From positions 1,757 through 65,756 of the forward strand of contig JAZOWO010000131.1 of the NCBI GenBank assembly GCA_045659265.1: a stretch of DNA of 64,000 nucleotides, given 5' to 3'. Source of the DNA: Clostridia bacterium (lineage in GTDB: Bacteria > Bacillota > Clostridia > TANB77 > CAG-465). The notes under the pieces are model-generated. The model had not been told where the DNA came from, searched no databases, and saw only the letters and a list, made by a program, of their open reading frames with translations. Positions 38,727 to 49,169 of the stretch are shown piece after piece; within the stretch, counting starts at the first letter, position 1, and each line of letters opens with the position of its first letter. The translations under genes were made by a program, and so were the position numbers.

Positions 38727-38900
38727 CTAGTGTTTTCTTTTTCTAGCAGCTTCAGATTTCTTTTTTCTCTTTACGCTTGGCTTTTCATAGTGCTCCCTTT
38801 TCTTTATTTCAGCAAGAACACCAGACTTAGCGCATTGTCTTTTGAAACGTTGAAGAGCGTTATCTAAAGTCTCGTTTTCTTTTACTTTTATTCCTGGCAT
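38727..38900 (-). CDS. rpsU: 30S ribosomal protein S21
   Basis: [29 protein letters not shown]…KRKH matches S21. An RBS (gggagg, reverse complement) lies upstream. Confidence 0.9.
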   Translation of the reverse strand: MPGIKVKENETLDNALQRFKRQCAKSGVLAEIKKREHYEKPSVKRKKKSEAARKRKH

Positions 38901-39114
38901 GTTTATATTCCCTCCCCTCAGTGGGAAATACATAAATTCGTATTTCTAAATTACTTGTAAAATTATACTATATGAGCGCTTACAAGTCAAGTGGTAACAA
39001 TAATCTTTTTATTTTAGTCATTAGAAAAAACGAAAATAATGTAAAAAATGGTCGATTTAATTGACTACAAGCGGCTCGTGTAGTAATATTAACATATTAA
39101 AATGGAGGTATAAT

Positions 39115-40311
39115 GTGGATTACAAAAAGATTTGGTCAGAAGTAATAACAGCATCGTTAATAGTTGTAATATCTGCTGTAGCTATAATTTCATTTATGGT
39201 TATATCAGATCAAAATGTAGATATATATAACCCAAGTGATAAAATTGCGGTTTCTAAAGGTACAGATAAGATATCTGAAGTATTAAACCTTATAGAAAGT
39301 AAATACATGGGTGAAGTGGATATTGAAAAACTTGTAGATGGCGCGATTCAAGGTATATTTGAAAATATAGATGATCCATATACTAGATATTTAACAGAAG
39401 AACAATTTGATGAAGAAATTAATTCTGGTGATGAAGAATACTCTGGAATAGGAGTACATATGGGATTAAATCATACAACAGGTAAGGTTAGAGTACTAGG
39501 TGTAATGCCAGAAACACCAGCATATAAAGCGGGAATTAAAGCAGGAGACGTTATTTTGGAAGTTGAAGGAACTAAGTTAAATAAAGATAATTATAATGAA
39601 GCTTCTGAAAAGATTAAAGGCAAAGAAGGAACGTATGTAAAACTTCTTGTTGAAAGAGATGGAAAAAAACTTGAATTCAATATTATAAGAGAAAAAATAA
39701 ATGCTAGTAATATATCTTCTGAAGTAATTAAAGGAACTAAAATTGGATATATTAAAATATTCGCTTTTGAAAGAAATATATATAGTCAATTTAAGAAAGA
39801 ATACGATAGATTAATAAATAAAGAAAAGGTAGAAAAATTAATTATAGATGTGAGAGATAATCCAGGTGGTTTTGTTTCAGATACAATAAAGATAGCAGAT
39901 TTGCTATGTGGAGAAGGATTAATAATTAAAGAAGAATACGGAGATGGAACTGTTAAAACATTTAAGTCGGATAAAGATTCTTCTAAAGTACCATTCGTAT
40001 TATTAGTAAATGAAAATAGTGCTAGTGCATCAGAAATATTAGCTGGCTCTGTTAAGGATCTTAAGGCTGGTAAGGTAATTGGAACACAAACATTTGGTAA
40101 AGGTATAATGCAAAGCTATATTGAACTTGAAAATGGTGGTGGTGTAGCTATAACAATAGCTAAATACTATACTGCATCAGGTAATGAAATTCATGGTGTT
40201 GGAATAGAACCAGATATTAAGGTAGAATTACCAAAAGGAACAACAATAGATTATAAGGTAAATCCTAATACAGATTTACAACTAAAAGAAGCTATAAATG
40301 CCCTAAAATAG
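39115..40311 (+). CDS. ctpA: Carboxy-terminal processing peptidase (S41, PDZ-containing)
   Basis: It has a TM anchor, a PDZ domain, and the DVRDNPGG and LVNENSASASEILAG motifs. A GTG start follows the RBS ggaggt. Confidence 0.85.
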   Translation: MDYKKIWSEVITASLIVVISAVAIISFMVISDQNVDIYNPSDKIAVSKGTDKISEVLNLIESKYMGEVDIEKLVDGAIQGIFENIDDPYTRYLTEEQFDEEINSGDEEYSGIGVHMGLNHTTGKVRVLGVMPETPAYKAGIKAGDVILEVEGTKLNKDNYNEASEKIKGKEGTYVKLLVERDGKKLEFNIIREKINASNISSEVIKGTKIGYIKIFAFERNIYSQFKKEYDRLINKEKVEKLIIDVRDNPGGFVSDTIKIADLLCGEGLIIKEEYGDGTVKTFKSDKDSSKVPFVLLVNENSASASEILAGSVKDLKAGKVIGTQTFGKGIMQSYIELENGGGVAITIAKYYTASGNEIHGVGIEPDIKVELPKGTTIDYKVNPNTDLQLKEAINALK

Positions 40312-40443
40312 GTGAAAAATACGAATTAATATAAATGTTAGAAATAAGCAAACAAAAATAAGTGTTTGCTTATTTTTCTTGCGCTTGAAACAAAATGATT
40401 ACATAATATTGAAATATAACGGTTTTTGTGATAGCCCAAGCTT

Positions 40444-40472
40444 TTGACTATACCCGTAGGGTGTGCTATAAT
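40444..40472 (+). promoter_or_regulatory. Strong consensus sigma-A promoter for veg (TTGACT-17-TATAAT with an upstream TGn)
   Basis: The hexamers are near-perfect with 17-bp spacing and lie about 24 nt upstream of the veg ATG. Confidence 0.6.
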
Positions 40473-40495
40473 CGGGGCATTAAGAGGTGGTTGTC

Positions 40496-40789
40496 ATGAT
40501 TTTGAAGGAACATGCTTTTGCAAAGATTAAGGCGGATGCAGAGAACTACAAAGGACAAGAATTACATTTTAAATATAATGTTGGAAGAAACAAAGTTGAG
40601 AATCTAACAGGTGTTATTGAGGGCGTTTACAGCGATAAGTTCAGAATTAGACGCACTGACATTGCTGCCCCTGCGACATTTAGTTATGCAGATATACTAA
40701 CGAATTCATTAGAAGTTACAAGCCTAGATGGTGGAGAACAGTTATTAAGCTATGAATTTGATACTAGCAAAAAAATAGTGCAATTATAA
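40496..40789 (+). CDS. veg: Veg (DUF1021) protein
   Basis: …FSYADILTNSLEVTS… matches the conserved SYADILTE core of Veg. Confidence 0.75.
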   Translation: MILKEHAFAKIKADAENYKGQELHFKYNVGRNKVENLTGVIEGVYSDKFRIRRTDIAAPATFSYADILTNSLEVTSLDGGEQLLSYEFDTSKKIVQL

Positions 40790-40967
40790 GTTATTAAGAA
40801 CGTGTTCTTTTTGAGCACGTTTTTTTGTCGCTTTTTGCAAATGAATAATATACTAGAGTACGTAAGATAAAAGGCTAAGCAACATGAAAAATAAACAAAA
40901 GTTGTTTACATTAATTAACCATAAGATATAATAAAAATATAAATTTTGAAATTTATTAAAAAAAGTG

Positions 40968-40996
40968 TTGACAAACAATTGTTCTTTATATATAAT
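40968..40996 (+). promoter_or_regulatory. recA promoter (TTGACA-17-TATAAT) with an embedded LexA/Cheo-like box AAACAATTGTTC at 40973-40984
   Basis: The hexamers are perfect. The spacer dyad is one mismatch from the Gram-positive SOS box GAAC-N4-GTTC. Confidence 0.55.
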
Positions 40997-41041
40997 GATG
41001 TCATACTAAAACAAATGTTCGTTATTTAGGAGGTAATATTA

Positions 41042-42103
41042 ATGATAACTGATGAAAGAAAGAAAGCTTTAGATATAGCTTTATCACAAATTGAAAAGAA
41101 CTTTGGTAAAGGTTCTGTTATGAAACTTGGAGAAGTAGGAAGTGTAAATGTTGATGCAATACCAACAGGAGCACTTAGCTTAGATATAGCGTTAGGTATT
41201 GGTGGAGTTCCACGTGGAAGAATAATAGAAGTATTTGGACCAGAATCTTCTGGTAAAACTACAGTTGCTTTACACATGATTGCTGAAGCTCAAAAAATGG
41301 GTGGAATTGCAGCATTCATAGATGCAGAACACGCATTAGATCCAGTATATGCTAAACACTTAGGAGTAGATGTAGATAACCTTATAGTATCTCAACCAGA
41401 TACAGGAGAACAAGCACTAGAGATTACTGAACAATTAGTAAGAAGTGGCGCTATAGATATTATAGTAGTAGACTCTGTTGCAGCGTTAGTTCCTAAGGCT
41501 GAAATAGATGGTGAAATGGGAGATTCTCATGTTGGTCTTCAAGCTAGACTTATGTCTCAAGCTTTAAGAAAATTAACAGGTGTACTTGCAAAATCTAAAA
41601 CAGTTGCAGTATTCATTAACCAATTAAGAGAAAAAGTTGGTATAATGTTTGGTAACCCTGAAACAACACCAGGTGGTAGAGCACTTAAATTCTATTCTTC
41701 TGTAAGATTAGATGTTAGAAAACAAGAAGCTATAAAGATAAACGGAGAAGTAATGGGTTCTAGAACAAAAGTTAAAGTTGTTAAGAACAAAGTTGCACCT
41801 CCATTTAGAGAAGCAGAATTTGATATTGTTTACGGTAAAGGTATTTCAACTTCTGGTTGTATATTAGATCTTGCTGTAAACTTAGATATAGTAAACAAGA
41901 GTGGAGCATGGTTCTCATACAATGGTGAAAAGATTGGTCAAGGAAGAGAAGCAGCGAAGGCATTCTTAGAAGCAAACAAGAATATTATGGCTGAAGTAGA
42001 AAAGAAAGTAAGAGACAACTTTAATGTTGCATTTGAAAAGAGTCTTGGAGAAATGGAAGAAGACGCTGAAGAAGATGTAATGTTAGAAGAAGAGGAGAAC
42101 TAA
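41042..42103 (+). CDS. recA: Recombinase RecA
   Basis: It has the Walker A motif GPESSGKTT and an acidic C-terminal tail. Confidence 0.97.
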   Translation: MITDERKKALDIALSQIEKNFGKGSVMKLGEVGSVNVDAIPTGALSLDIALGIGGVPRGRIIEVFGPESSGKTTVALHMIAEAQKMGGIAAFIDAEHALDPVYAKHLGVDVDNLIVSQPDTGEQALEITEQLVRSGAIDIIVVDSVAALVPKAEIDGEMGDSHVGLQARLMSQALRKLTGVLAKSKTVAVFINQLREKVGIMFGNPETTPGGRALKFYSSVRLDVRKQEAIKINGEVMGSRTKVKVVKNKVAPPFREAEFDIVYGKGISTSGCILDLAVNLDIVNKSGAWFSYNGEKIGQGREAAKAFLEANKNIMAEVEKKVRDNFNVAFEKSLGEMEEDAEEDVMLEEEEN

Positions 42104-42104
42104 T

Positions 42105-42518
42105 TTGAATAATTCAGAGATGAATATATTAGCTAGAGATAAAGCTATTAGATATATAGGCATTTCTAAAAAAACAGAATATGAAGTTAGACAGAAATTG
42201 AAGAGGTTACAAGTAACCTCTTCTGTCATAGATGAGGAAATTGAATATCTAAAGGAATTAGGCTTTATAGATGATAAAGACTATGTTAAATGTTTTATTA
42301 GACAATGCGCAAAACTTAAGCAATACTCTATATATGAAATTTATAACAAGCTCTTGCAAAAAGGGCTTCAAACTAGTATAATCGAAGAAGAATTGGAGCT
42401 TCTTAAAGATTCGGATTATGAAGAACAAGTTAGAGAAAAACTTGAAAATGGAAAATTAAAATCATATGATGAAGAAAAGAAGAAAGCATACTTTTATAGG
42501 AGAGGGTTTAAGTTTTAA
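42105..42518 (+). CDS. recX: RecA regulator RecX
   Basis: A small helical-repeat protein lies directly downstream of recA. Confidence 0.7.
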   Translation: MNNSEMNILARDKAIRYIGISKKTEYEVRQKLKRLQVTSSVIDEEIEYLKELGFIDDKDYVKCFIRQCAKLKQYSIYEIYNKLLQKGLQTSIIEEELELLKDSDYEEQVREKLENGKLKSYDEEKKKAYFYRRGFKF

Positions 42519-43327
42519 TGGAGAATGTAGTTATGGACGAAGTCCTAGGCGAAAATACACATGAAAAACATACAGTGGCTATTTCAAACTTTGAAGGGCC
42601 GCTGGATTTGTTATGCTTTTTAATAAGTAAAAACAAAATGGATATTTTCGATATTTCTCTAAGCGAACTTACAGATAAATATATAGAATATCTAAATGAG
42701 ATGCAAAGCTTAGATATGGAAATAGCTACAGAGTTTATGGTTATGGCTACAACTTTGTTATACATTAAATCTAAAAAGCTTCTTCCAATAGCTGAACCAG
42801 AAGAAGATGGTGAGCCTGAAATAACTGAAGAAGAGCTTTTAGAAAGAATAGCTAAGTATAAAATGTATAAAGAGTTACAACCTACATTAAGAGAAATGTA
42901 TACATTATACTTTGGAACTTTTGAAAAGCTTCCAGAGAATATTAAAGTAAAAAGAGAACTAAACAAAGACAGCTTAACTTCTAAAGAAAATCTTTTAGAG
43001 TTATATAACGATGTACTTAAACGTAAATTCGATAAAATAAACATCAAGTCTGAAGAAATAAAGAAGATTGCGTTATATGAAAAGGTAACAATTAAGAGCA
43101 AAGTTAAGCAAATAATAGAAGTGTTTAAATCTAAAAAGAGTTTTGTGTTTGGCAAGCTATTTAACAGAAAAGATTCAACTAACATAGATGTTGTAACAGC
43201 GTTCTTAAGTGTACTTGAACTTTCAAGACTTAAACATGTAGCATTAAAACAAGAAAAAATATATGGAGATATTACAGTAGACAAAATATCTGATGCTCCA
43301 ATAGATGTTTCTTTAATTAACGAATAA
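42518..43327 (+). CDS. scpA: Segregation and condensation protein A
   Basis: It has the ScpA N-terminus FEGPLDLLCFLISKNKMDIFDISLSELTDKYIEYL. Confidence 0.85.
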   Translation: MENVVMDEVLGENTHEKHTVAISNFEGPLDLLCFLISKNKMDIFDISLSELTDKYIEYLNEMQSLDMEIATEFMVMATTLLYIKSKKLLPIAEPEEDGEPEITEEELLERIAKYKMYKELQPTLREMYTLYFGTFEKLPENIKVKRELNKDSLTSKENLLELYNDVLKRKFDKINIKSEEIKKIALYEKVTIKSKVKQIIEVFKSKKSFVFGKLFNRKDSTNIDVVTAFLSVLELSRLKHVALKQEKIYGDITVDKISDAPIDVSLINE

Positions 43328-43337
43328 AATACAAAAA

Positions 43338-43985
43338 TTGGGAAAAAATATAACTGGTGATTATATGATACAAATCATATTGCTGGTTATATTTTTTCTT
43401 TTTACATACTTGTTCTTTGCACCTAACAGTATAGTGGTAAAAGTTAATATTAAAGCAGATAACTATTTTACAAACATTACTAAACTTGAGGGAACAGAGA
43501 ATATTGTTAAGATAAAGCTATTAAATATGTTTACTGTATATAAAAAAGAGTTGTTTGCAAAGGATGAAAACAATAAAGCTAAAACAAAAGAGAACAATAC
43601 ATTGCTTAACAAAGACCTTGTGGATAGTGTTATTAAAAGGTTAATAAAAAAAGCAAAATTAGATAAATTTGTGTTATCTTTAGGTTTCAATTTAGATGAT
43701 CCAATTGCTAACTCGTATGTAAATGCATCACTTAATACAATTCTTTGTATGTATATAAATTGTAACCAAAAGAAATTTAACCTAAATAATTTGTATTACA
43801 GGACATATATAAGTGAAGATTTGTTATATCTTAATTTTGAAGGTATAATTAATGTTTCTCTTACAGATACTATAAAAGTAATTGCAAAAGAGTATTTTAA
43901 TAATAAGAAGAAAATAAATAAGAATAAAGAAAGTAAAATACTTGAGCATAGAAAAGGAGATAAATTATGGCGGAACATCCAATAG
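43338..43985 (+). CDS. YtfI-like sporulation membrane protein (DUF2953)
   Basis: It has an N-terminal TM segment and lies immediately upstream of, and overlapping, the GerW/YtfJ gene, as in ytfI-ytfJ. Confidence 0.5.
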   Translation: MGKNITGDYMIQIILLVIFFLFTYLFFAPNSIVVKVNIKADNYFTNITKLEGTENIVKIKLLNMFTVYKKELFAKDENNKAKTKENNTLLNKDLVDSVIKRLIKKAKLDKFVLSLGFNLDDPIANSYVNASLNTILCMYINCNQKKFNLNNLYYRTYISEDLLYLNFEGIINVSLTDTIKVIAKEYFNNKKKINKNKESKILEHRKGDKLWRNIQ

Positions 43986-44395
43986 ATAACCTTATGGTTA
44001 CAGCAATGAATTCTTTAAGAGACATGATTGATGTAAATACAATTGTAGGAGATACAGTGCAAAGTGCAGATGGTACGGTTATTATACCGGTATCTAAAGT
44101 TGCTTTTGGTTTTGCGGCAGGTGGAAGTGAGTTTGAGAGTGGTAAAACAAACAAGTATCAAGACAACCCTAAAATGCCATTTGGAGGTGGAAGTGGTGCA
44201 GGAGTGAAAATATCCCCTGTTGCATTTTTAGTCGTTAAAGATGGCGTTATAAAGCTTCTAACGATAGATGCAGATAAACCTTTAGATAAACTTGTAGATT
44301 TAATCCCGGATGTAGTAAACAAGATTGTGGAAACAGTGGATAAGAACTTCTTAAATCCAACAACTAAGCTTAAAATTATTAAAAGTGAAGAGTAG
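43967..44395 (+). CDS. GerW/YtfJ-family sporulation protein
   Basis: …VIIPVSKVAFGFAAGGSEF…GGGSGAGVKISPVAFLVV… matches the family. Confidence 0.8.
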   Translation: MAEHPIDNLMVTAMNSLRDMIDVNTIVGDTVQSADGTVIIPVSKVAFGFAAGGSEFESGKTNKYQDNPKMPFGGGSGAGVKISPVAFLVVKDGVIKLLTIDADKPLDKLVDLIPDVVNKIVETVDKNFLNPTTKLKIIKSEE

Positions 44396-44420
44396 AAGAA
44401 TTTTCTTCTACTTTTTTTAT
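44390..44420 (+). terminator. Rho-independent terminator
   Basis: The hairpin aagtagaagaa-tttt-cttctactt is followed by a T-run. Confidence 0.7.
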
Positions 44421-44518
44421 TTTGTCTGTTGACAAATGAAAAACAAAATAGTATTATTGTATTAGTTAAGTAATACAGTGATGGTAAATAATTAGGCAAA
44501 CGGAAAAAGGAGGACTAA

Positions 44519-44883
44519 TGGATTATATTTTTGATAACGAAAGACCAATATATATGCAGTTAATAGATAAGGTAAGAGTTGAAATTGTTTCCGGAAAGTT
44601 AAAAGCACGGAGATAAACTACCATCTGTAAGAGAACTGGCTTTAACTACTAAAGTAAACCCCAATACTGTACAAAAAGCATTAGGAGAACTAGAAGCTAG
44701 TGGCCTTATATATACCGAAAGAACAAATGGCAAATTTGTTACAGATAATAGCGAGCTTATAGAAAAATTAAAATTAGAGCTTGCTAAGGAAAAAGTAAAT
44801 AATTACTTAAATGCAATGAAAGATATAGGCATATCTTACGAGGATGCTGTTAAATATATTAATGAATTAGGAGGAAATAACTA
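44519..44883 (+). pseudogene. GntR-family (YtrA-like) regulator, frameshifted
   Basis: Frame 1 reads MDYIFDNERPIYMQLIDKVRVEIVSGKLKARR*. The GntR HTH GDKLPSVRELALTTKVNPNTVQKALGELEASGLI continues in the +1 frame from about 44619. A single extra base near 44618 breaks the expected SGKLKPGDKLPS. Confidence 0.75.
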
Positions 44884-45579
44884 ATGGAATTATTAGAATG
44901 CAAAAACTTATGTAAGAACTATGATGAAAAACAAGTTCTTAAAGATGTGAACTTAAAAGTTTCAAGTGGAAAGATAATTGGTCTTTTAGGTAAAAACGGA
45001 ACAGGTAAAACAACGTTAATTAAACTAATAAATGACCTTTTAACACCAACAAGTGGAGAAGTATTAATAGAAGGTAAGAAGCCAGGTGTAGAATCTAAAG
45101 AGATTATTGCATATTTACCAGAAAGAACATATCTAGATAAAGGGATGACTGTTAAAGAAGCAATTAAATACTTCAAGGAATTCTACAAAAGCTTTGATGA
45201 AACTAAAGCATACAAGTTATTAAAAGATTTAGACTTAGATGAAAACACAAAGATTTCTAAAATGTCTAAAGGTATGCAAGAAAAACTTCAATTAATACTT
45301 GTAATGAGTAGAGATGCAAAGTTATATATACTAGATGAACCTCTAGGTGGAGTAGATCCTGCAACAAGAGATTATATACTAGATACAATACTTTCTAATT
45401 TTTCTGAAGGTGCATCTGTAATAATTTCTACACACTTAATTTCAGATATTGAAAGAATTTTAGATGAAGTAATATTTATAGACAAAGGTAAGATAGTATT
45501 AACTTCATCAGCAGATGAATTGAGAAACAAAGAAAATGCATCAATAGATGAAATCTTTAGGAGGTATTTCAAATGTTAG
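44884..45579 (+). CDS. ABC transporter ATP-binding protein (YtrB-like)
   Basis: It has the Walker A motif GKNGTGKTT, the signature SKGMQEKL and Walker B LYILDEP. The start overlaps the upstream stop codon. Confidence 0.9.
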   Translation: MELLECKNLCKNYDEKQVLKDVNLKVSSGKIIGLLGKNGTGKTTLIKLINDLLTPTSGEVLIEGKKPGVESKEIIAYLPERTYLDKGMTVKEAIKYFKEFYKSFDETKAYKLLKDLDLDENTKISKMSKGMQEKLQLILVMSRDAKLYILDEPLGGVDPATRDYILDTILSNFSEGASVIISTHLISDIERILDEVIFIDKGKIVLTSSADELRNKENASIDEIFRRYFKC

Positions 45580-46364
45580 GCAAATTATTAAAATACGATT
45601 TGAAATGGGTATATAAACTGGTTGTAATCTTCTATATTTTAGCTTTTATTTTCTCTGGAGTAGGAAGATTACTTGCAGAAGTACAAAACTCAATGCTATT
45701 AGATATTGTATCTAAAATATCTATAGGAACTGGTATTTCTATGGCGGTGAGTGCACTTGTAAATTGTCTTATGAGACTATGGGGTGGATTTGTTGTTAGT
45801 GTGTATAAAGATGAATCATACTTAACGCATACACTTCCAGTAGAGAAGAAAACAATATTTGCATCAAAGGTTATAGCAGGAATAGTTAGTGTGTTTACAA
45901 CTACAATTGTAACGATAGGCTGTGTATTTATCTGTTATTATTCTGAAGCAAATATGCAAGCTGTTAAAGCTTTGTTAGAGATTGCAGCAACAACATACAA
46001 CACAACAGTATTAAACTTTTTATTAGTAGTTTCTTTATTAGTATTTGTGGAAATACTGTTCATACTTTTTATTGGTTTTGTAGGAATAGTAATAGGTCAC
46101 AGAGCTAATCAAAGAAAAATGGCAAAAAGTATAATAACTAGCTTTGTGTTATATGCGGTATTTCAAGTATTAACTCTAGTAGTTATATTTATTTATGGAG
46201 TATTTGATCCTGCTGTTATGAACTTAATTAATACAACAGAACAAATAGATATACTTTCGCTTAAAACTTTAATGTATGTTGCAACGATGGCATATAGCAT
46301 ATATCTAGTTGTGCTGTACACTCTTGGTAAAGCACAGTTAAACAAAGGTGTAAATGTAGAGTAA
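45573..46364 (+). CDS. ABC transporter permease / membrane component
   Basis: It has 6 TM helices and is translationally coupled to the ATPase gene. Confidence 0.7.
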   Translation: MLGKLLKYDLKWVYKLVVIFYILAFIFSGVGRLLAEVQNSMLLDIVSKISIGTGISMAVSALVNCLMRLWGGFVVSVYKDESYLTHTLPVEKKTIFASKVIAGIVSVFTTTIVTIGCVFICYYSEANMQAVKALLEIAATTYNTTVLNFLLVVSLLVFVEILFILFIGFVGIVIGHRANQRKMAKSIITSFVLYAVFQVLTLVVIFIYGVFDPAVMNLINTTEQIDILSLKTLMYVATMAYSIYLVVLYTLGKAQLNKGVNVE

Positions 46365-46461
46365 TAAACAAAACAGAAACAAAAAAGAGCACATTGTGCT
46401 CTTTTTTGTTTTGCTTTGTATACCTAGAAATATTTAGTAAATAATATATTTAGGTGAAATT

Positions 46462-47910
46462 ATGCAGTTTAGTAAAAAGAAACAAGAAACAAAATCTATG
46501 TTAATGGAAAGTTTGCAAAATGATCTTTCTAACTGTTCAGATTTTGTTGTTCAAAAAATAGTAACTGAGCCAAGTGGTTTAGAAATATATAAATTGTACT
46601 TTAATATGCTTATTAACATGCAGATTATTGATGAAGAAATATTAAAACCTTTAGCAAATAATTTAGCAAGTGTAAATAACACAACTGACCTACAAAACCT
46701 AATTACTGAAGGCAAGATTTATCACATAGATATAAAAGTTACTACAGACAAAGATAAAATTATTGAAGCAATATTAGATGGTTGCTTTGCTTTAGTTTGT
46801 GAGGAACAAGGATATATTTTCGATACGCGTAATTACAGTAGAAGAAGTATAGATGAGCCGGCTAACGAAAGTGTTGTAATAGGACCAAGAGAAGGATTTA
46901 TTGAAGCAAGAACAACAAACATTTCTTTGCTTAGAAGAAGATTACAAAGTCCTAAACTTAAAGTTTTAGATGAAACAATTGGTACTGAAACTAAAACAAC
47001 AGTATCTGTTTTGTATATGGAAGGCACAGCAAATCAGGAACTTGTAAAAGACGTTGTGGAGAGAATTAAAAGTATAGATATTCCGGCTTTAATATCTATA
47101 ACAGACTTTGAGGAACATATGGTGGAAAGAAAGTATTCCATATTTCCTCAGTTAATATCTACTGAAAAACCAGATAAGGTTGCAGCAAATATTATTGAAG
47201 GAAAGGTTGCAGTTGTAATTGATGGATTCCCGATGGTATATGTAATGCCAGCAGTATTTGCTATGTTTATGCAAGCTCCAGAAGAATACAACATTAACTA
47301 TTTTGTAAGTTCGTTTATTAGACTAATCCGTTATATATCTACCTTCTTAACTTTAACATTACCTGGACTATACATATCCGTTATAACATTCCATCAGGAG
47401 ATGTTGCCGACTACACTTGCAAAAAGTATTATAGCTAGTAAACAAGATGTGCCGCTACCTGCTTATCTTGAGATAATAATAATGTTATTCGCATTTGAGA
47501 TACTGCTTGAAGCGGGGAATAGGATGCCTAAGACTGCAGGTCAAACAGTATCTATAGTTGGTGCATTAATAGTTGGTGAAGCAGCAGTTAATGCTAAATT
47601 TGTATCTCCAGCGGTTGTTGTTATTGTTGCAGCATCTGCAATATGTGGTTTTGTAATACCAAGTCCAGATATGGCAAACTCGGTTAGACTTGGAAGAATG
47701 TTTTTGGTAGTATGTGCATCAATTGCTGGGCTATATGGAATGTCTTTAGCATTAATTACAGCAATATATTATTTAAGTGGAATGACTTCATTTAAGACAT
47801 CGTACTTAAAACCTTTTGCAGATAATGGTGGTAAAGCACTTCTTGCGGATACACTAATTAGGACACCGAGTACCAAAAAGAAAGGCAAAATGGTTAGGTG
47901 GAAAGTATGA
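46462..47910 (+). CDS. Spore germination receptor, GerA-family A subunit
   Basis: …FPQLISTEKPDKVAANIIEGKVAVVIDGFP… matches the GerAA/GerKA family. Confidence 0.85.
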   Translation: MQFSKKKQETKSMLMESLQNDLSNCSDFVVQKIVTEPSGLEIYKLYFNMLINMQIIDEEILKPLANNLASVNNTTDLQNLITEGKIYHIDIKVTTDKDKIIEAILDGCFALVCEEQGYIFDTRNYSRRSIDEPANESVVIGPREGFIEARTTNISLLRRRLQSPKLKVLDETIGTETKTTVSVLYMEGTANQELVKDVVERIKSIDIPALISITDFEEHMVERKYSIFPQLISTEKPDKVAANIIEGKVAVVIDGFPMVYVMPAVFAMFMQAPEEYNINYFVSSFIRLIRYISTFLTLTLPGLYISVITFHQEMLPTTLAKSIIASKQDVPLPAYLEIIIMLFAFEILLEAGNRMPKTAGQTVSIVGALIVGEAAVNAKFVSPAVVVIVAASAICGFVIPSPDMANSVRLGRMFLVVCASIAGLYGMSLALITAIYYLSGMTSFKTSYLKPFADNGGKALLADTLIRTPSTKKKGKMVRWKV

Positions 47911-49169
47911 GAGCTAAGATTATATGTATAATTACAACAATACTTTTAATAACAGTTACATTATTTAATACAGAGTTAATACCTTTAAGACGTGAAATTT
48001 CAGATATTGAAGTTGTAATGGTAGCAGGGCTAGATAAAACAGAAACAGGTTATGAAATGTCTTACTTAAAAGGTGATGAAATGAAAATGGAAAATAGCAA
48101 TAGTGGTAAAGAGACACTTAAAGTTATTTCTATAGATGCAGATAACTATAACTTTGATATGCGCCACATACAAACAACAACAGATAAGTATATTACGTCT
48201 AGCCATATTCAATATTACTTTATAGGGGAAGAAACAGCTAAAACAGATTTTTATCACGTAATTGATGCAATAGTTAGAGGATACCAAACAAGACTTAATG
48301 CAAGAATATATGTGGTAAAAGGTGCGACAGCAAAAGAGTTTTTAGAAAAAGCGGCGTCATCAGATTACAAGTTAGAAGATAAACTTGAACTTATGCAAAA
48401 CGACTTTTGGGCGCAAAGAGTAAGTATGGATATTGAAGTTTTAGACGTAGTAAAAACCTTGTTTACTAAAGAGGGAATAGGTATGATTCCTTTAATAGAG
48501 TTTACAGATTATTTAGGTGCTTTTGATGAAAAAGTAGAAGAATACGATAGCATGCATGGTGGTGAAAGTGTGGATAATATATCTACGGAACATAGCGGAA
48601 TTGAGGAAACTCACGTGCCATTTAGTTATGCTGGTGTTGGAATAATTAAAGATATGCAAATGGTAGATATGCTAACAGAAAAAGAGACTATGGTCGCCAA
48701 TTATATATTAAGCAAAAACAATGCATCAGAGATAAGTATAAAAAATAAAGATACATTTGTCTCTTTTGGAATAGACACATTAAATGTAAAAGAAAAGTTT
48801 AAGTTTAATAACAAAGATATACTAGAAGAAATAATATTTGAAGTTACATTTGATGCAAACTATGAAGAAGTAAAGGCACTAGAACCAGTCTTTACTCTTA
48901 CTAAAGTAGAGGAATATGAGAAACAATTAAACGATATTGTAAAAAAACAAGTGGAAGATATACTTAAATTAGAATTAGAAAAAAGCATGGATTTTTTAGC
49001 GCTTAAAGGGAAATTAGAGTTCAAGCATCCATATAAGTATAAGAAGAATGAGAATAATTTTATGGATATACTTAAGAATTGCAAAATAACAGTTGAGGCA
49101 AAGGGTAAAATAGAAGCAACATATGATGTGGTTGAAAGCAATTACAAACAAAAGGGGTGGAGCAAATGA
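47898..49169 (+). CDS. Spore germination receptor C subunit (GerAC-like)
   Basis: It has an N-terminal signal/anchor and matches the Ger(x)C family. It is translationally coupled to the A subunit gene. Confidence 0.75.
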   Translation: MESMRAKIICIITTILLITVTLFNTELIPLRREISDIEVVMVAGLDKTETGYEMSYLKGDEMKMENSNSGKETLKVISIDADNYNFDMRHIQTTTDKYITSSHIQYYFIGEETAKTDFYHVIDAIVRGYQTRLNARIYVVKGATAKEFLEKAASSDYKLEDKLELMQNDFWAQRVSMDIEVLDVVKTLFTKEGIGMIPLIEFTDYLGAFDEKVEEYDSMHGGESVDNISTEHSGIEETHVPFSYAGVGIIKDMQMVDMLTEKETMVANYILSKNNASEISIKNKDTFVSFGIDTLNVKEKFKFNNKDILEEIIFEVTFDANYEEVKALEPVFTLTKVEEYEKQLNDIVKKQVEDILKLELEKSMDFLALKGKLEFKHPYKYKKNENNFMDILKNCKITVEAKGKIEATYDVVESNYKQKGWSK

